NCBI RefSeq assembly: GCF_018598175.1
Contig: NZ_JAHESE010000025.1
Location: forward strand, 1 to 64,000
Source: Dawidia cretensis
Lineage (GTDB): Bacteria; Bacteroidota; Bacteroidia; Cytophagales; Cyclobacteriaceae
Length of the DNA stretch: 64,000 nt
Direction of reading: 5' to 3'
The notes under the pieces were generated by a model. That model made no database searches. It was not told where the DNA came from and saw nothing but the letters and a program-made list of their open reading frames with translations. Shown here piece by piece: positions 49,219 to 59,176 of this stretch (its first letter is position 1; each line of letters begins with the position of its first letter). The position numbers were made by a program, and so were the translations under genes.

Positions 49219-50034
49219 TTACGGAACCAGCACTTGCTTGGCTTCATTATAGTTCCATCTTCTCGTGCCGCTACCTTTGGGCGTATCATAGTTGATCCGC
49301 GCCGCAGCCCGAACAAAGACAGCCCTTCCCGAAGGAATCGCACCGACCGATTCAATGGTTACGATCTCGCCTAACAACCCGCTAAAAGCCGACCCTGCGT
49401 ATTCGATCTTGCTGGACCAACGCTCATCACGTGCACGATATCCTACGCTGGAAGAATAGCTGACGAATAGCTGAATATCCGTTACATCTTGAAAGTTCGA
49501 ATTATAACCGCCCATCGGCTCGATCTTCGCACGAAAATCATCTTCCGATACGCCACGCGTAACGCGCACTTGCGCTCTAACCTTACCGTTGATTATTTGA
49601 GGCTCTCCCACCCACTCTATGTTCAGGAAAGGCTGCACCTCAAAGGTTACCTTCGTCAGGTCGCTGATCTCCTTCGTTTGGGTTTCGTCGGCCAGTGGCG
49701 TGCCGCGGTCGTCCTCGCGAAGCAAGGGAATAAACGGACCATCGACACGGATGTTATACGTACCACCAAAGATCTTGGTATTTTGGAAGGTACCGTCGGG
49801 CTTGCAGAAGAAGTCAGGGTTTGGCTGTACGTTTTCGCCGTAGCTGAGCTCCAACAGGCGCACGCGAATACCTTCGCTTCCCTGGTCGGTCAGCACCGGC
49901 GCGCCGCTTTCGGCGTCAATCACTTCGCCTTGAATCGTGGCCGAAGGCTCGTCTTTGTTATCCAGCTCAAACAGCCCGCAGGAGCTGAGCGAGAGCAGTG
50001 CGAACGACACGATGTATAATGATATCTTTTTCAT
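49219..50034 (-). CDS. PUL-associated lipoprotein (DUF3823-like)
   Basis: Lipoprotein signal MKKISLYIVSFALLSLSSC. Directly downstream of SusD, as is typical for DUF3823 proteins. Confidence 0.45.
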   Translation of the reverse strand: MKKISLYIVSFALLSLSSCGLFELDNKDEPSATIQGEVIDAESGAPVLTDQGSEGIRVRLLELSYGENVQPNPDFFCKPDGTFQNTKIFGGTYNIRVDGPFIPLLREDDRGTPLADETQTKEISDLTKVTFEVQPFLNIEWVGEPQIINGKVRAQVRVTRGVSEDDFRAKIEPMGGYNSNFQDVTDIQLFVSYSSSVGYRARDERWSSKIEYAGSAFSGLLGEIVTIESVGAIPSGRAVFVRAAARINYDTPKGSGTRRWNYNEAKQVLVP

Positions 50035-50070
50035 GTTCGTAATTCTTAAGTATTGGCAATTCATGATTCC

Positions 50071-52131
50071 CTATCGGTTTGGTTGCTGGTCAATGACCGC
50101 ACTCTTCGATACCTCACCGCTCGGGATCGCAAAGTAATAATCCACGACGTTATACTCGAACGTCTTCTGGGCCACCCATTGGAAGTGAGCATCGAAGAAA
50201 TATTTGCCGGTTTGAGAAGAGAGGAACGGATACAAACCACGGAATTTATAGCGCGAGTTGTTGCTGAACAATTCTTTCTCCCGCTCTTCGCCCCAGAAAA
50301 GATCGCGCGCTTCGTAGTGATTCACTCTCCAACGACGCAGATCCCATTTGGCTTTGTGCTCCATCGCCAGTTCTTTGCGCCGTTCTTTCCGAACAATGTT
50401 ACGACCTTCGTCACTACCCGCGACACTTCCAACTAACGGATTCGCTCCCGCGCGCTCACGAATGGCAGCAATCGCCTCCGTAGCAGTTTGCAGCATGTCC
50501 GATCCGTCCGGCGAAGGCTCGCCCGCCAGGGTCAGCTCCACGCCGGCTTCTGCCGCGTTCAACAATACCTCTGCATAACGCATCAGGACGTAGGGTTGTG
50601 CTGACTTGCCTTCCGCCGGTACAAACGCAGGATCCGGATTCAGCCATTTGCGGCCCAGAAGACCAGTGAGACATCCTTCGCCGTTGTTGTAGAATGGGCC
50701 ATTCTCGCCGGCAGCCGTCGTGGGCACACCGCTGACGGGCACGATCTCCTGGTCGGTTAATTCCCGCGGGCTGAGGTACAGCGACTTGGGAGTTCCCGTG
50801 TATTGAGTCAGCTGTTGATAATGTCTTTCAGCATTGCCATAGGAATAATCCGTAAACAGGGGGTTGATCGGTGCAGCACCGGTATAGATTCCCGCGCGGA
50901 TTTCAATATCCCGGCTCTTAAACTGATCACCCGGAAAGATTACATAAGCACGCAGACGTGGCTCGGCATTTTTGAAGAAATCCATCGGCGTATCGTACAG
51001 CACATACGTTCCTTCGTTGTTCCTATCACCCGTAGTAACCTTGATCGTACCGTTGGGATAACGGGGAAAACCGTCAAACAGCTCGACAAAATCCAGTGTC
51101 GGACAGGTGCCCGATGCCAGCGGCGATTTGAAGATATACGGTGAGTTGTACGCGTCATAGGCGTGTGTAGAGATCGGATACGTATACTCCCGTGCATAGA
51201 TCGTCTCTGTGCTGCTCAGGTCCGAGAACATATCCACCATGTTCTGATATTGTGCTGCTTTGTCGTTGGCAGCCCACTTTTTCTTGTACAAAGAGTATTT
51301 GTTGCTTTTAATCACTTCCTGGGCGGCCAGATACGCTTCGCGGAAATACTTGCGCGAGGCCGATTGCCAGGTATTCGGATCAAAGCCCATAACCCGCACG
51401 TTGGTTTTCAAACCCATACCGGTAAGGCGGCCGGGAACAGTCTCATTGTACTTCGCCACGCTCCCCGCATACAACATCGCTTCCGACTTGAAAGCCAATG
51501 CCACATATTTATTAGAGTACCCTCTTTCAATGTCAGGGTTTGTCGTGCGCAGCAAAGAGATTGCCTGATCGTAGTCGGCAAGCACCTGGTCCCAGGTCTC
51601 TTCCTCCGTCGAACGCGCTATCTCCGGATTCTCATCATTCGGATATTTGATCACGCGTGTCACAAGGGGGACACCGCCGAAGCGGCGGGCCATCGCATAG
51701 AACGCGGTAGCGCGTGCGTAGTAGGCCTCTCCCAGATAATGATTGTACGTGATCTCCGGGAATGATCCCTTGTACTCCGGCAATGTCTCGATCAGGTAGT
51801 TCGCATCGCGGATCAACACAAAAGCATCTTTCCAGTACGCAGTCCGCTCACTGGTAAACGCGCGGCAGATACCATCGCGGTTCACAGCTTCACCGGTACC
51901 TTCGATACCCGAGGCGTTCAACCAGCCGTTGTACTCCATGCCCCACTCACCCATATACTTGAAGTCCTCGAACGGCATCCGGCTATACATCCGCGCCAGA
52001 TACACTTTCATACCCGACTCATTCGTCAGCAGGGTCTCGTCGCCTATCACATTTTTCGGCGGAATGTCCAGTTCCGTACATGCGGACACACAGAACGCTC
52101 CGATCAATAGTAATATATATATCCTATTCAT
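50071..52131 (-). CDS. susD: RagB/SusD-family nutrient-binding outer membrane lipoprotein
   Basis: Lipoprotein signal with Cys, TPR-like SusD architecture, and the SusC gene immediately upstream. Confidence 0.9.
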   Translation of the reverse strand: MNRIYILLLIGAFCVSACTELDIPPKNVIGDETLLTNESGMKVYLARMYSRMPFEDFKYMGEWGMEYNGWLNASGIEGTGEAVNRDGICRAFTSERTAYWKDAFVLIRDANYLIETLPEYKGSFPEITYNHYLGEAYYARATAFYAMARRFGGVPLVTRVIKYPNDENPEIARSTEEETWDQVLADYDQAISLLRTTNPDIERGYSNKYVALAFKSEAMLYAGSVAKYNETVPGRLTGMGLKTNVRVMGFDPNTWQSASRKYFREAYLAAQEVIKSNKYSLYKKKWAANDKAAQYQNMVDMFSDLSSTETIYAREYTYPISTHAYDAYNSPYIFKSPLASGTCPTLDFVELFDGFPRYPNGTIKVTTGDRNNEGTYVLYDTPMDFFKNAEPRLRAYVIFPGDQFKSRDIEIRAGIYTGAAPINPLFTDYSYGNAERHYQQLTQYTGTPKSLYLSPRELTDQEIVPVSGVPTTAAGENGPFYNNGEGCLTGLLGRKWLNPDPAFVPAEGKSAQPYVLMRYAEVLLNAAEAGVELTLAGEPSPDGSDMLQTATEAIAAIRERAGANPLVGSVAGSDEGRNIVRKERRKELAMEHKAKWDLRRWRVNHYEARDLFWGEEREKELFSNNSRYKFRGLYPFLSSQTGKYFFDAHFQWVAQKTFEYNVVDYYFAIPSGEVSKSAVIDQQPNR

Positions 52132-52166
52132 ATATAATTCAGATTATAACTCGTAAGTCTTTAACA

Positions 52167-55100
52167 TTAAAATTTGGCCGATAAACCTACCGTATACGTT
52201 TTGTTTAGCGGGTACAACCGTCCCAGGTCGCTATCCGGGTGCTCCGGATCGACAAACTTGACATCCGTGATCGTAAACACGTTGTAAGCGTTGGCAAACA
52301 CACGCACGTCCAGTGATGACAATATCCGCTTCGGCAATGTATAGCCGAGCTCAATGCTCTTCAGACGCAGGTAGGCGGTGCTCACACGGTTGAATTCCGA
52401 GTTATCACGCGGATAGTGCCCGGTGTAACCATAGTAGCCACTAGCCCATTCCGTGCTGGGATTATACGGATCAGCCTTCGGGTCAACCGGGTGCCAGCGA
52501 TCGAGGTATTGCTCCAGCGCACCACCACCATTGCTACCCCAGATGCGGTAAAGCGGTTCTTGATACGCCATCGATCCCATCGCTGTACCCTGGAAAAGGA
52601 AGTTCAAATCGAAGCTCTTGTAGTTAAAGTCAGCCCCTAAGCTGAAGTTCAACCAGGGTGTCTGGTCAAATGCAAACGGGTGTTGGTCCTGATCGTTGAT
52701 CTCGCCATCGCCATTCCAATCTTCGTATTTGTAGTCCCCGGGCAAAATGTCGCGGTCTTTGTAAATCGGGTAGTTCCAGATATCCTCCCAGTTCTGATAA
52801 CGTCCGGCAGACTCGAAGCCGAACTGTACACCTTGATAGCGGTTGTTCAGGTTGTCGTTACGCCATTTATCATACGAGTTTGCATAGGGCCCATTGGCGG
52901 CTCCAAACAGCCACTCTCTACGCGTAATGGTAGCAATAGCCCGTACCTTGTAGGAGAGGTCACCAATCTTGTTACGGTGATTGAGCTCCAGATCCAAACC
53001 GTATTGACGCTCTCTGTCCAGGTTTTCAACCGGCGCGTCGGTACCTACGATAGTAGGAATTTCGCTGGAAAGTTTCGTATGGAGTCCGGTCCGTTTACGT
53101 TGGAAATAATCTAACGAAAAACCGAACAAACCGTTCCAGCCTTCATAATCCACACCTACGTTGAAAGTTTGTGCTTCCCACCAGGTTAACTCACTATTAT
53201 TCACGATTACGTCTGCACCGTTAATAAACTGGCCACCGAACACATTGCCAGGAGCCCATTGATTATAATAGCCGTTCGCCGCGTTCGAGTTGGTGGACGG
53301 ATATTTATACCCCGGATACCAATCATATCCCAATGTACCGTCATTCGATGTTACACCGTAGCTTGTACGAAATTTCAACTGGTCAACAAACGACAGTGCC
53401 GAAATATTTTGGAAGAAGGGTTCTTCCGATATACGCCAGGCAACCGATCCTGAAGGGAAGAAACCCCACTGATTATCTTCGACAAATTTCGAAGAACCGT
53501 CATACCGGAACTGGAACTCGGCAATGTAGCGATCCTTGTGCGTAACGTTCACCCGTCCAAGCGCAGCGGCATTGGCAATCTCATAAAGGTCGCCGGTAGT
53601 AGAGCCCATCCCGCTGACCATGCCCGCGTCATTTACACCCGCGAGCAAATACGGCAGCCCAAAGGCAAGGTTCCGACGTGCGAAGAAATTGTCACCGGTT
53701 TTATTCTGGCTCTCCCAGCCTAAAAGGCCTACGAACTTCGTTTCACCGAATGTGCGGCTATAATTCACCAGGAATTGACCTAACCACTGCCGTCTCTCCG
53801 ACATATCACGCTGCAGCTGATTGGGCGAGCTCAGGTTATACAACTTGGAAACATACTCACCCGATAAAGGGTCCATCGCATACTGAAAGTACTCACGCCG
53901 ATAGGCCGTATTGTTGTTTTGACGGTAGTCATAGCTAAACATACCTTTCACAGACAAACCTTCCAGCGCGGGTGATACCGTGCCAAGATCAAAATTGAGC
54001 GATGCAGACGACTGAAAGTCCTTCTGTTGAAACTTCCGGTATCCCGAGATATCGGACGACATCATCGCCACCGTGTTTTGTTCCAGCGCAAGGCCTTCGT
54101 AGTTCAGCATGGTGCCTTCCGGATCTGCATACGCCGGAAATAAGACACCTTGCGCCCAATAGTTCCGGATTATATCCACCGAGCTCGCGTACGGTGTATT
54201 ACGTTCGTCGGATACTCCCGCCAGGTTGATATTCAGCGACAGGCCCTTGTAAAGCTCCGTGGTAATATTGGTGCGCAGGTTATACTTCTTGTAGTTCAGG
54301 TCACCCGATTTGAATATACCCTCCTGATAGAGATATCCTCCGCCAATATAATATTGCGTATTGTCGTTTCCACCGGTGATACTGAGATCGTGTTGCGTTT
54401 GAGGCGCCGTATTCGCGATGATCAGCTTGTTCCAGTCCGTCGTCGGACGCTGTCCCGTACGGAATGCTTCGAAATCAGCCTCATCGTAGATGATGTTGCC
54501 ACCGTTGACCTGATTCATGGCCTGCTCGTTGTAGAGCGTCATGGTTCCATAGGCATCTGCAAGCTTAGGCATATTCGACGGCTTCTGTATCGTAACAGAA
54601 CCGTTGTACGTAATAATCGGCTTTCCTTTTGTACCCTTTTTAGTGGTCACCAGCATCACGCCACTCGCCGCACGCACACCGTAGATAGCCGCCGACGCAT
54701 CTTTCAGCACCGAAATATCATCGATATCGCTTGGATTCAAGCGCTGAAAGTCTTCCATCGTGCGGGGCACACCGTCGATTACGACCAGTGGATCACCCTC
54801 CATACCACGGATGTCAAAGGTCGTGTTATAGGTACCTGGTTCAGCGCTTTTCTGCCAGATCCGCACACCCGCCACACGACCGGTAAGCATGTTCTGCGGG
54901 TTTTCATTTTTGGTCCGGCGCAGCTCGTCACCTTTAATCGCGGCCACAGAGCCGGTCAGGTTAACTTTTTGCTGTGTACCATACGCCACGACCACAACCT
55001 CGCCCAGTTGCGTAATATCAGAAACCAGGGCCACGCTGATGTTGGTTTGTGCACCCACCGTAACCTCCTGCTGGACATAGCCGATAAACGACAGGACCAG

Positions 55101-55406
55101 CACGTCTTCGCCGCTCGCAACATTGATCACAAACTTGCCATCGGCATCCGTGGTGGTACCACGGTTTGTGCCTTTGACAACCACGCTCACACCCGGTAAG
55201 CCTGTTCCGTCATCCGACGACGTGATGGTACCCGTTACGGTAATGCCCTGAAACGGCAAAGTCGTTGTCACGGCGGTTGCATGTATATTTTTTACGTCGT
55301 TTGCTTCCGATGCAAAAACAGAAGCAACAAGAACGCACTGAGCGGCTATTCCGAAGGCGGAATACTTCAGTAGTTTCTTTGATAATGATTTGTAGTTATT
55401 CTGCAT
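52167..55406 (-). CDS. susC: SusC/RagA-family TonB-dependent outer membrane transporter
   Basis: Carboxypeptidase-regulatory-like N-terminal domain, TonB plug and 22-strand barrel signatures, and the terminal ...GLSAKF. Confidence 0.9.
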   Translation of the reverse strand: MQNNYKSLSKKLLKYSAFGIAAQCVLVASVFASEANDVKNIHATAVTTTLPFQGITVTGTITSSDDGTGLPGVSVVVKGTNRGTTTDADGKFVINVASGEDVLVLSFIGYVQQEVTVGAQTNISVALVSDITQLGEVVVVAYGTQQKVNLTGSVAAIKGDELRRTKNENPQNMLTGRVAGVRIWQKSAEPGTYNTTFDIRGMEGDPLVVIDGVPRTMEDFQRLNPSDIDDISVLKDASAAIYGVRAASGVMLVTTKKGTKGKPIITYNGSVTIQKPSNMPKLADAYGTMTLYNEQAMNQVNGGNIIYDEADFEAFRTGQRPTTDWNKLIIANTAPQTQHDLSITGGNDNTQYYIGGGYLYQEGIFKSGDLNYKKYNLRTNITTELYKGLSLNINLAGVSDERNTPYASSVDIIRNYWAQGVLFPAYADPEGTMLNYEGLALEQNTVAMMSSDISGYRKFQQKDFQSSASLNFDLGTVSPALEGLSVKGMFSYDYRQNNNTAYRREYFQYAMDPLSGEYVSKLYNLSSPNQLQRDMSERRQWLGQFLVNYSRTFGETKFVGLLGWESQNKTGDNFFARRNLAFGLPYLLAGVNDAGMVSGMGSTTGDLYEIANAAALGRVNVTHKDRYIAEFQFRYDGSSKFVEDNQWGFFPSGSVAWRISEEPFFQNISALSFVDQLKFRTSYGVTSNDGTLGYDWYPGYKYPSTNSNAANGYYNQWAPGNVFGGQFINGADVIVNNSELTWWEAQTFNVGVDYEGWNGLFGFSLDYFQRKRTGLHTKLSSEIPTIVGTDAPVENLDRERQYGLDLELNHRNKIGDLSYKVRAIATITRREWLFGAANGPYANSYDKWRNDNLNNRYQGVQFGFESAGRYQNWEDIWNYPIYKDRDILPGDYKYEDWNGDGEINDQDQHPFAFDQTPWLNFSLGADFNYKSFDLNFLFQGTAMGSMAYQEPLYRIWGSNGGGALEQYLDRWHPVDPKADPYNPSTEWASGYYGYTGHYPRDNSEFNRVSTAYLRLKSIELGYTLPKRILSSLDVRVFANAYNVFTITDVKFVDPEHPDSDLGRLYPLNKTYTVGLSAKF

Positions 55407-55424
55407 ATGCTAAAGATCTTAAAT

Positions 55425-56876
55425 TCATTTTTCCAGTTGATAGCGTGCTAATACAGCGTATTCAGCGGCGTAGGTAAAATTGAACATACCCTCCGCCTGG
55501 TTTTTGCTGTTTTCACGATTCCATCCAACCAGCAAATTGGTGGGCAGATACCCCTTGTAAAAGAAGTTGTCGTAACCGTGGTCCAGGTTCTTTTGGAAAG
55601 ACTCGGCATACGTACCGGACGTGGCATAGTGCGCTGCAGTCTCTACGAAAGCGCGCATCAGCACACCGTTAAACCACGTGCTAAAACCACCGATATCATA
55701 GGTATAATAGCCGGTCTTCGTCTGGTCCAGTTTGGCAAAGTACTTGAAGCTGTCGTCCGACAATTTCTTGGCATCTTCCAGGTATGCATTATCGGTAGTT
55801 ACCCGGTACAAATCGGCTGCGCCGGAAAGCATCGAGCCGCTGTTGTACGAGTACGCAGGGCCTACGCGATCCCTGCACGTAATGCCTTTGCGATAGGTTC
55901 CGCCACCGACAGACTCTGTCTCCGGTCCGCCCGGTGTGCATCCACCCAGAAAATCATCGTATACACCTTCGCCGCGTACCAACGCTTTCTTCTGCCAGGC
56001 ATATATCTTCTTGGCAAAATCCAGGTAATAGTCGCTCTTCGTTACCTCTTCGGTCAGGCGTGTTTGTTTGTCGGTAGCGTCGATGTACCGGTGGGTGATC
56101 ACGTCGGCTTTGCCTTTGTATACCTCGTGCAGCCATACCAGCGGGCTGATCATGGGGCCGTTGCTGCAAGCGTGCTTGGTGACGTAACCCGGTCCCCAGG
56201 TAATACCACCAATCTCCGCGCCATTGGCATCCAGGGTACAATCCCAGCCATCCAGTACATACTCTGTCAAATACTCCGCTTTGTCCAGGTATTTCTGCTC
56301 GCCTGTTAGTTTATAGGCTTCGATCATTTCGCGTACGAACCACATCTGGTCATCATACACGTTGTGAATACCATCTACCTGGGCAGAGCCCTTGTCGCCG
56401 CCGCGGTCCACGCCGTACACAGACCAACTTTTGGTTTGCGTGTAAGACGTCAACTGAAACGTTCCCTTGTAGAAATCCGCATTCTCGTATAAATTAGAAA
56501 GCAGGTCCTTGTACTTGCTAAAGTTGGCATCGTACAGCGCGGAATTTCCATCGTCTTTCTGCGCTTTAAGGCCATGAAGAATAGCGTTCACCGCTTCGAT
56601 GCCGGCGGTATACATCCACACACTGCCCTTTTCATCTGAACGAGCGCTGGTATACGGATTGTAGAAACGGGCCATTGCCATGCCGTCGCCCGTAAAGTGG
56701 GCGGCGACCGTAGCGTCGGTAAGTTCCATCGCACGCTTCAGGTTTTGCTCCGGCACGTTTACATCGCCGTCCGGGTCTGTATCCGGTCCGTCATCAGATG
56801 ATGTATCACTACACGCGGCGATAATCAACAGCAATACCAGGCAGCAGGTAGTAAAAAAATTACGAAATAGTATCAT
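55425..56876 (-). CDS. Six-hairpin glycosidase lipoprotein, probably GH76 (alpha-1,6-mannanase family)
   Basis: Lipoprotein signal ...IIAACSD. A consecutive-aspartate motif NVYDDQMWF resembles the GH76 catalytic DD pair, on an (alpha/alpha)6-type composition. Confidence 0.5.
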   Translation of the reverse strand: MILFRNFFTTCCLVLLLIIAACSDTSSDDGPDTDPDGDVNVPEQNLKRAMELTDATVAAHFTGDGMAMARFYNPYTSARSDEKGSVWMYTAGIEAVNAILHGLKAQKDDGNSALYDANFSKYKDLLSNLYENADFYKGTFQLTSYTQTKSWSVYGVDRGGDKGSAQVDGIHNVYDDQMWFVREMIEAYKLTGEQKYLDKAEYLTEYVLDGWDCTLDANGAEIGGITWGPGYVTKHACSNGPMISPLVWLHEVYKGKADVITHRYIDATDKQTRLTEEVTKSDYYLDFAKKIYAWQKKALVRGEGVYDDFLGGCTPGGPETESVGGGTYRKGITCRDRVGPAYSYNSGSMLSGAADLYRVTTDNAYLEDAKKLSDDSFKYFAKLDQTKTGYYTYDIGGFSTWFNGVLMRAFVETAAHYATSGTYAESFQKNLDHGYDNFFYKGYLPTNLLVGWNRENSKNQAEGMFNFTYAAEYAVLARYQLEK

Positions 56877-56896
56877 GATATAATCCCCTCTTTCTT

Positions 56897-58717
56897 TTAT
56901 TTTATTTCGATCTGGCGGATAGACAATTTATTCTCGCCAGAGTTTTCAACAACATTGTATACCCCCAAAACAAGGGTTACATCTTCGCCATTGAATTGTG
57001 ACAAGTCGTATTCGAATTTGGCATAATCAACCAGTGCGTTATCACCGGCTTCATGTTTGAATTTCCAAAGTCCATCGGCCTCAGCGCTGGCGTCATCGCC
57101 ATTCACAGCAAACGAGGAAGGTTCAAGATGTGTAACCGTACCGTTGTTTTGTACTGCGCTGACCTTAAAGTATGTATAGCTGCCGTCGTAGGTGCGTGCA
57201 TGCAACGTCAGTAAATTACTACCGGAGGCGATGGAAAACTTTGCATAGAGGTGAGCGTCCGGAACCACCGTGCTCGTGGTATTGTCGCTAACGGTCTTGA
57301 TGACATAAACTTGTCCTCTAAACGGTTCGGCATCCTTCCTGACCGGGACCAGAGACCAGTTTGCTCCCAGGTGATTTGTCTCGCGCCATTCGCGGTATCC
57401 AGCAATATAATGATCACGGTTCTGATCAGCAGTAGCGGTGCGTCCTGTAAAAACCTTTTTCGTTTGGGGCATCGTAGAGCGAACAGCCTCTAGAGGTAAC
57501 TTCCATCCAGGAACAACATCAGCACCCGGCAGCCATTCCCAGCTAACGAGCTTGCGGGTAGAAAAACGAATCGCCCGAAGAACAAATTGTTTCCAATAAT
57601 CGCCCGTAGCCGCACGATAAGTTCCAATGGCAATAACGACCTCTTTCCCTACATAAGCACTCAGGTCGAAGTCGAAGTCCTGATAGGCTTCCGAATTCAA
57701 TCCTTTGGTTTCACCGATTTTGACAGCGACAGGTTCTGCGGCTGAAAGGTCGATCACTTGTACACCCCACACAGTTGGAGCCGCATCCGAGGCACTGTGC
57801 GTACGTACGCGCAACGACATGATTTTATTATCGTCGGTAATCATTTTGCTACCGAATACAAACGAGTCGAATACATCCAAATCAGCCGGATTCGCGCGCT
57901 CCGCGTCACTGTTGCGGATTTGTAGTGTCGTACCCTCGTTCTGCTCTTCCCAGGCACCGCGGAAGTCAAGCGTTCCCATGTAGTTGGTCGACCAGTCCCA
58001 GTGTGGGTAAGAGTCGCCGTTACGGCCGCCACGATATTCGTTGTAGTACCATTTGTCAGCCGATCTCAAATCGTCAGCCGTCAACCCGCGCAACACATCT
58101 CTCCCGCCCATCCGGATGTCAGCTGTAGCGATGCCGGTAGCAACATCAAAGTCCGCTTTCGCAACGGCCTTTGTCACGGATACATAATTTGCTTTGCTGT
58201 AGGTTACCGTGTAATTGTCGGCAATCAGGTTCTCGATGGTGAATTTGCCATCACTACCGCTGGTAGCTGTACCGGCAACACCTACCGTAACCGTTACTCC
58301 TTCCAGCGGAGCATCGTTATTACGGGCATCGGTAATCGTACCGGTAATCACCTTCGACGCGTCCAGCATCATCACGTCCACGGTCGCCCGTTTGTTTTCG
58401 TCAAAGTCGCCGGCATCAACGCTCACGCTGGTGCGCAACAGTTTCGTCTTGGAGAACGTCACAGCATGCAGTTTCATCGACACGCCGTCTACGCTGAATT
58501 TTCCGTTGGCATCGGTCGTCAGGACGATATCCTCCTCCTTAATGCCGGAAATGGTCACCGTAACGTCGGGAATGGTTTGCCCATTCTCACCCGTAACGGT
58601 GCCGGAAATGGTCCCTAAAGAGGTTGTTGGGGCATCGTCATCCTTACAGGAGCCGAACGACACAGCGAATGCCCCCAGCAAAACAACGTACCGTAAGAAT
58701 TGTAAAGCTTTACTCAT
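56897..58717 (-). CDS. Surface glycan-binding lipoprotein (SGBP-like), first gene of the PUL
   Basis: Lipoprotein signal ...SFGSCKDD. Two carboxypeptidase-regulatory-like Ig domains (TGTITD...GVTVTVG...GKFTIENL). PUL leader position. Confidence 0.5.
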   Translation of the reverse strand: MSKALQFLRYVVLLGAFAVSFGSCKDDDAPTTSLGTISGTVTGENGQTIPDVTVTISGIKEEDIVLTTDANGKFSVDGVSMKLHAVTFSKTKLLRTSVSVDAGDFDENKRATVDVMMLDASKVITGTITDARNNDAPLEGVTVTVGVAGTATSGSDGKFTIENLIADNYTVTYSKANYVSVTKAVAKADFDVATGIATADIRMGGRDVLRGLTADDLRSADKWYYNEYRGGRNGDSYPHWDWSTNYMGTLDFRGAWEEQNEGTTLQIRNSDAERANPADLDVFDSFVFGSKMITDDNKIMSLRVRTHSASDAAPTVWGVQVIDLSAAEPVAVKIGETKGLNSEAYQDFDFDLSAYVGKEVVIAIGTYRAATGDYWKQFVLRAIRFSTRKLVSWEWLPGADVVPGWKLPLEAVRSTMPQTKKVFTGRTATADQNRDHYIAGYREWRETNHLGANWSLVPVRKDAEPFRGQVYVIKTVSDNTTSTVVPDAHLYAKFSIASGSNLLTLHARTYDGSYTYFKVSAVQNNGTVTHLEPSSFAVNGDDASAEADGLWKFKHEAGDNALVDYAKFEYDLSQFNGEDVTLVLGVYNVVENSGENKLSIRQIEIK

Positions 58718-58781
58718 TGGTTTTTAGGTTTAGATGAAAAACTGGTCCAGTAGCTTTTTAAAAGTGTTAGACTTTGCCAAT

Positions 58782-59144
58782 TATCGATTGCGGGATGGTT
58801 GCTATCGATTGCAAATTGTACCGAGTTTACCAGTCAGGTGGTTAAAGAATGGGTTAAAACCGGGTTAATGGAGGGAAAAAAATCGTTAATCTGCGATTTT
58901 GGCCACTTTTGCTGTTTGCGGTTGAAGAAATATTTTTGAGCCTAACAAGGGAAATTAAGCGCCGTACACAGCGGCGCACACAGAGACAGATATCTTCAGC
59001 TAAACCGATTTATGAAGCGTTCAGCAAACGTTTGGGAAGGCGCTCCCGACAAGCGTGTTGGAGCAAGGTTATTAACCCGGTTTTCAACGCCAGCTAATAC
59101 GCTGAAAATCAAAAAGTAAAACCACATTAACCCGTAGTTAATGG
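58782..59144. promoter_or_regulatory. PUL upstream region dense in repeats: TATCGATTGC x2 (21-bp spacing), GGTTAA x3 at 11-13 bp spacing, an inverted 12-mer pair AACCGGGTTAAT / ATTAACCCGGTT, and the palindrome ATTAAC-N6-GTTAAT
   Basis: Read directly from the sequence. TATCGATTGC at 58782 and 58803. GGTTAA at 58839, 58852 and 58863. 12-mers at 58858-58869 and 59071-59082. Palindrome at 59127-59144. Confidence 0.4.
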
Positions 59145-59176
59145 CCATTTTAAGGCCTTCCAAAGAATATGGATGT

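Noticed and set aside
54150-55199. 349-aa plus-strand ORF inside the SusC gene
   Set aside because: Antisense to a confidently identified TonB-dependent transporter. Arginine/histidine-rich nonsense composition.
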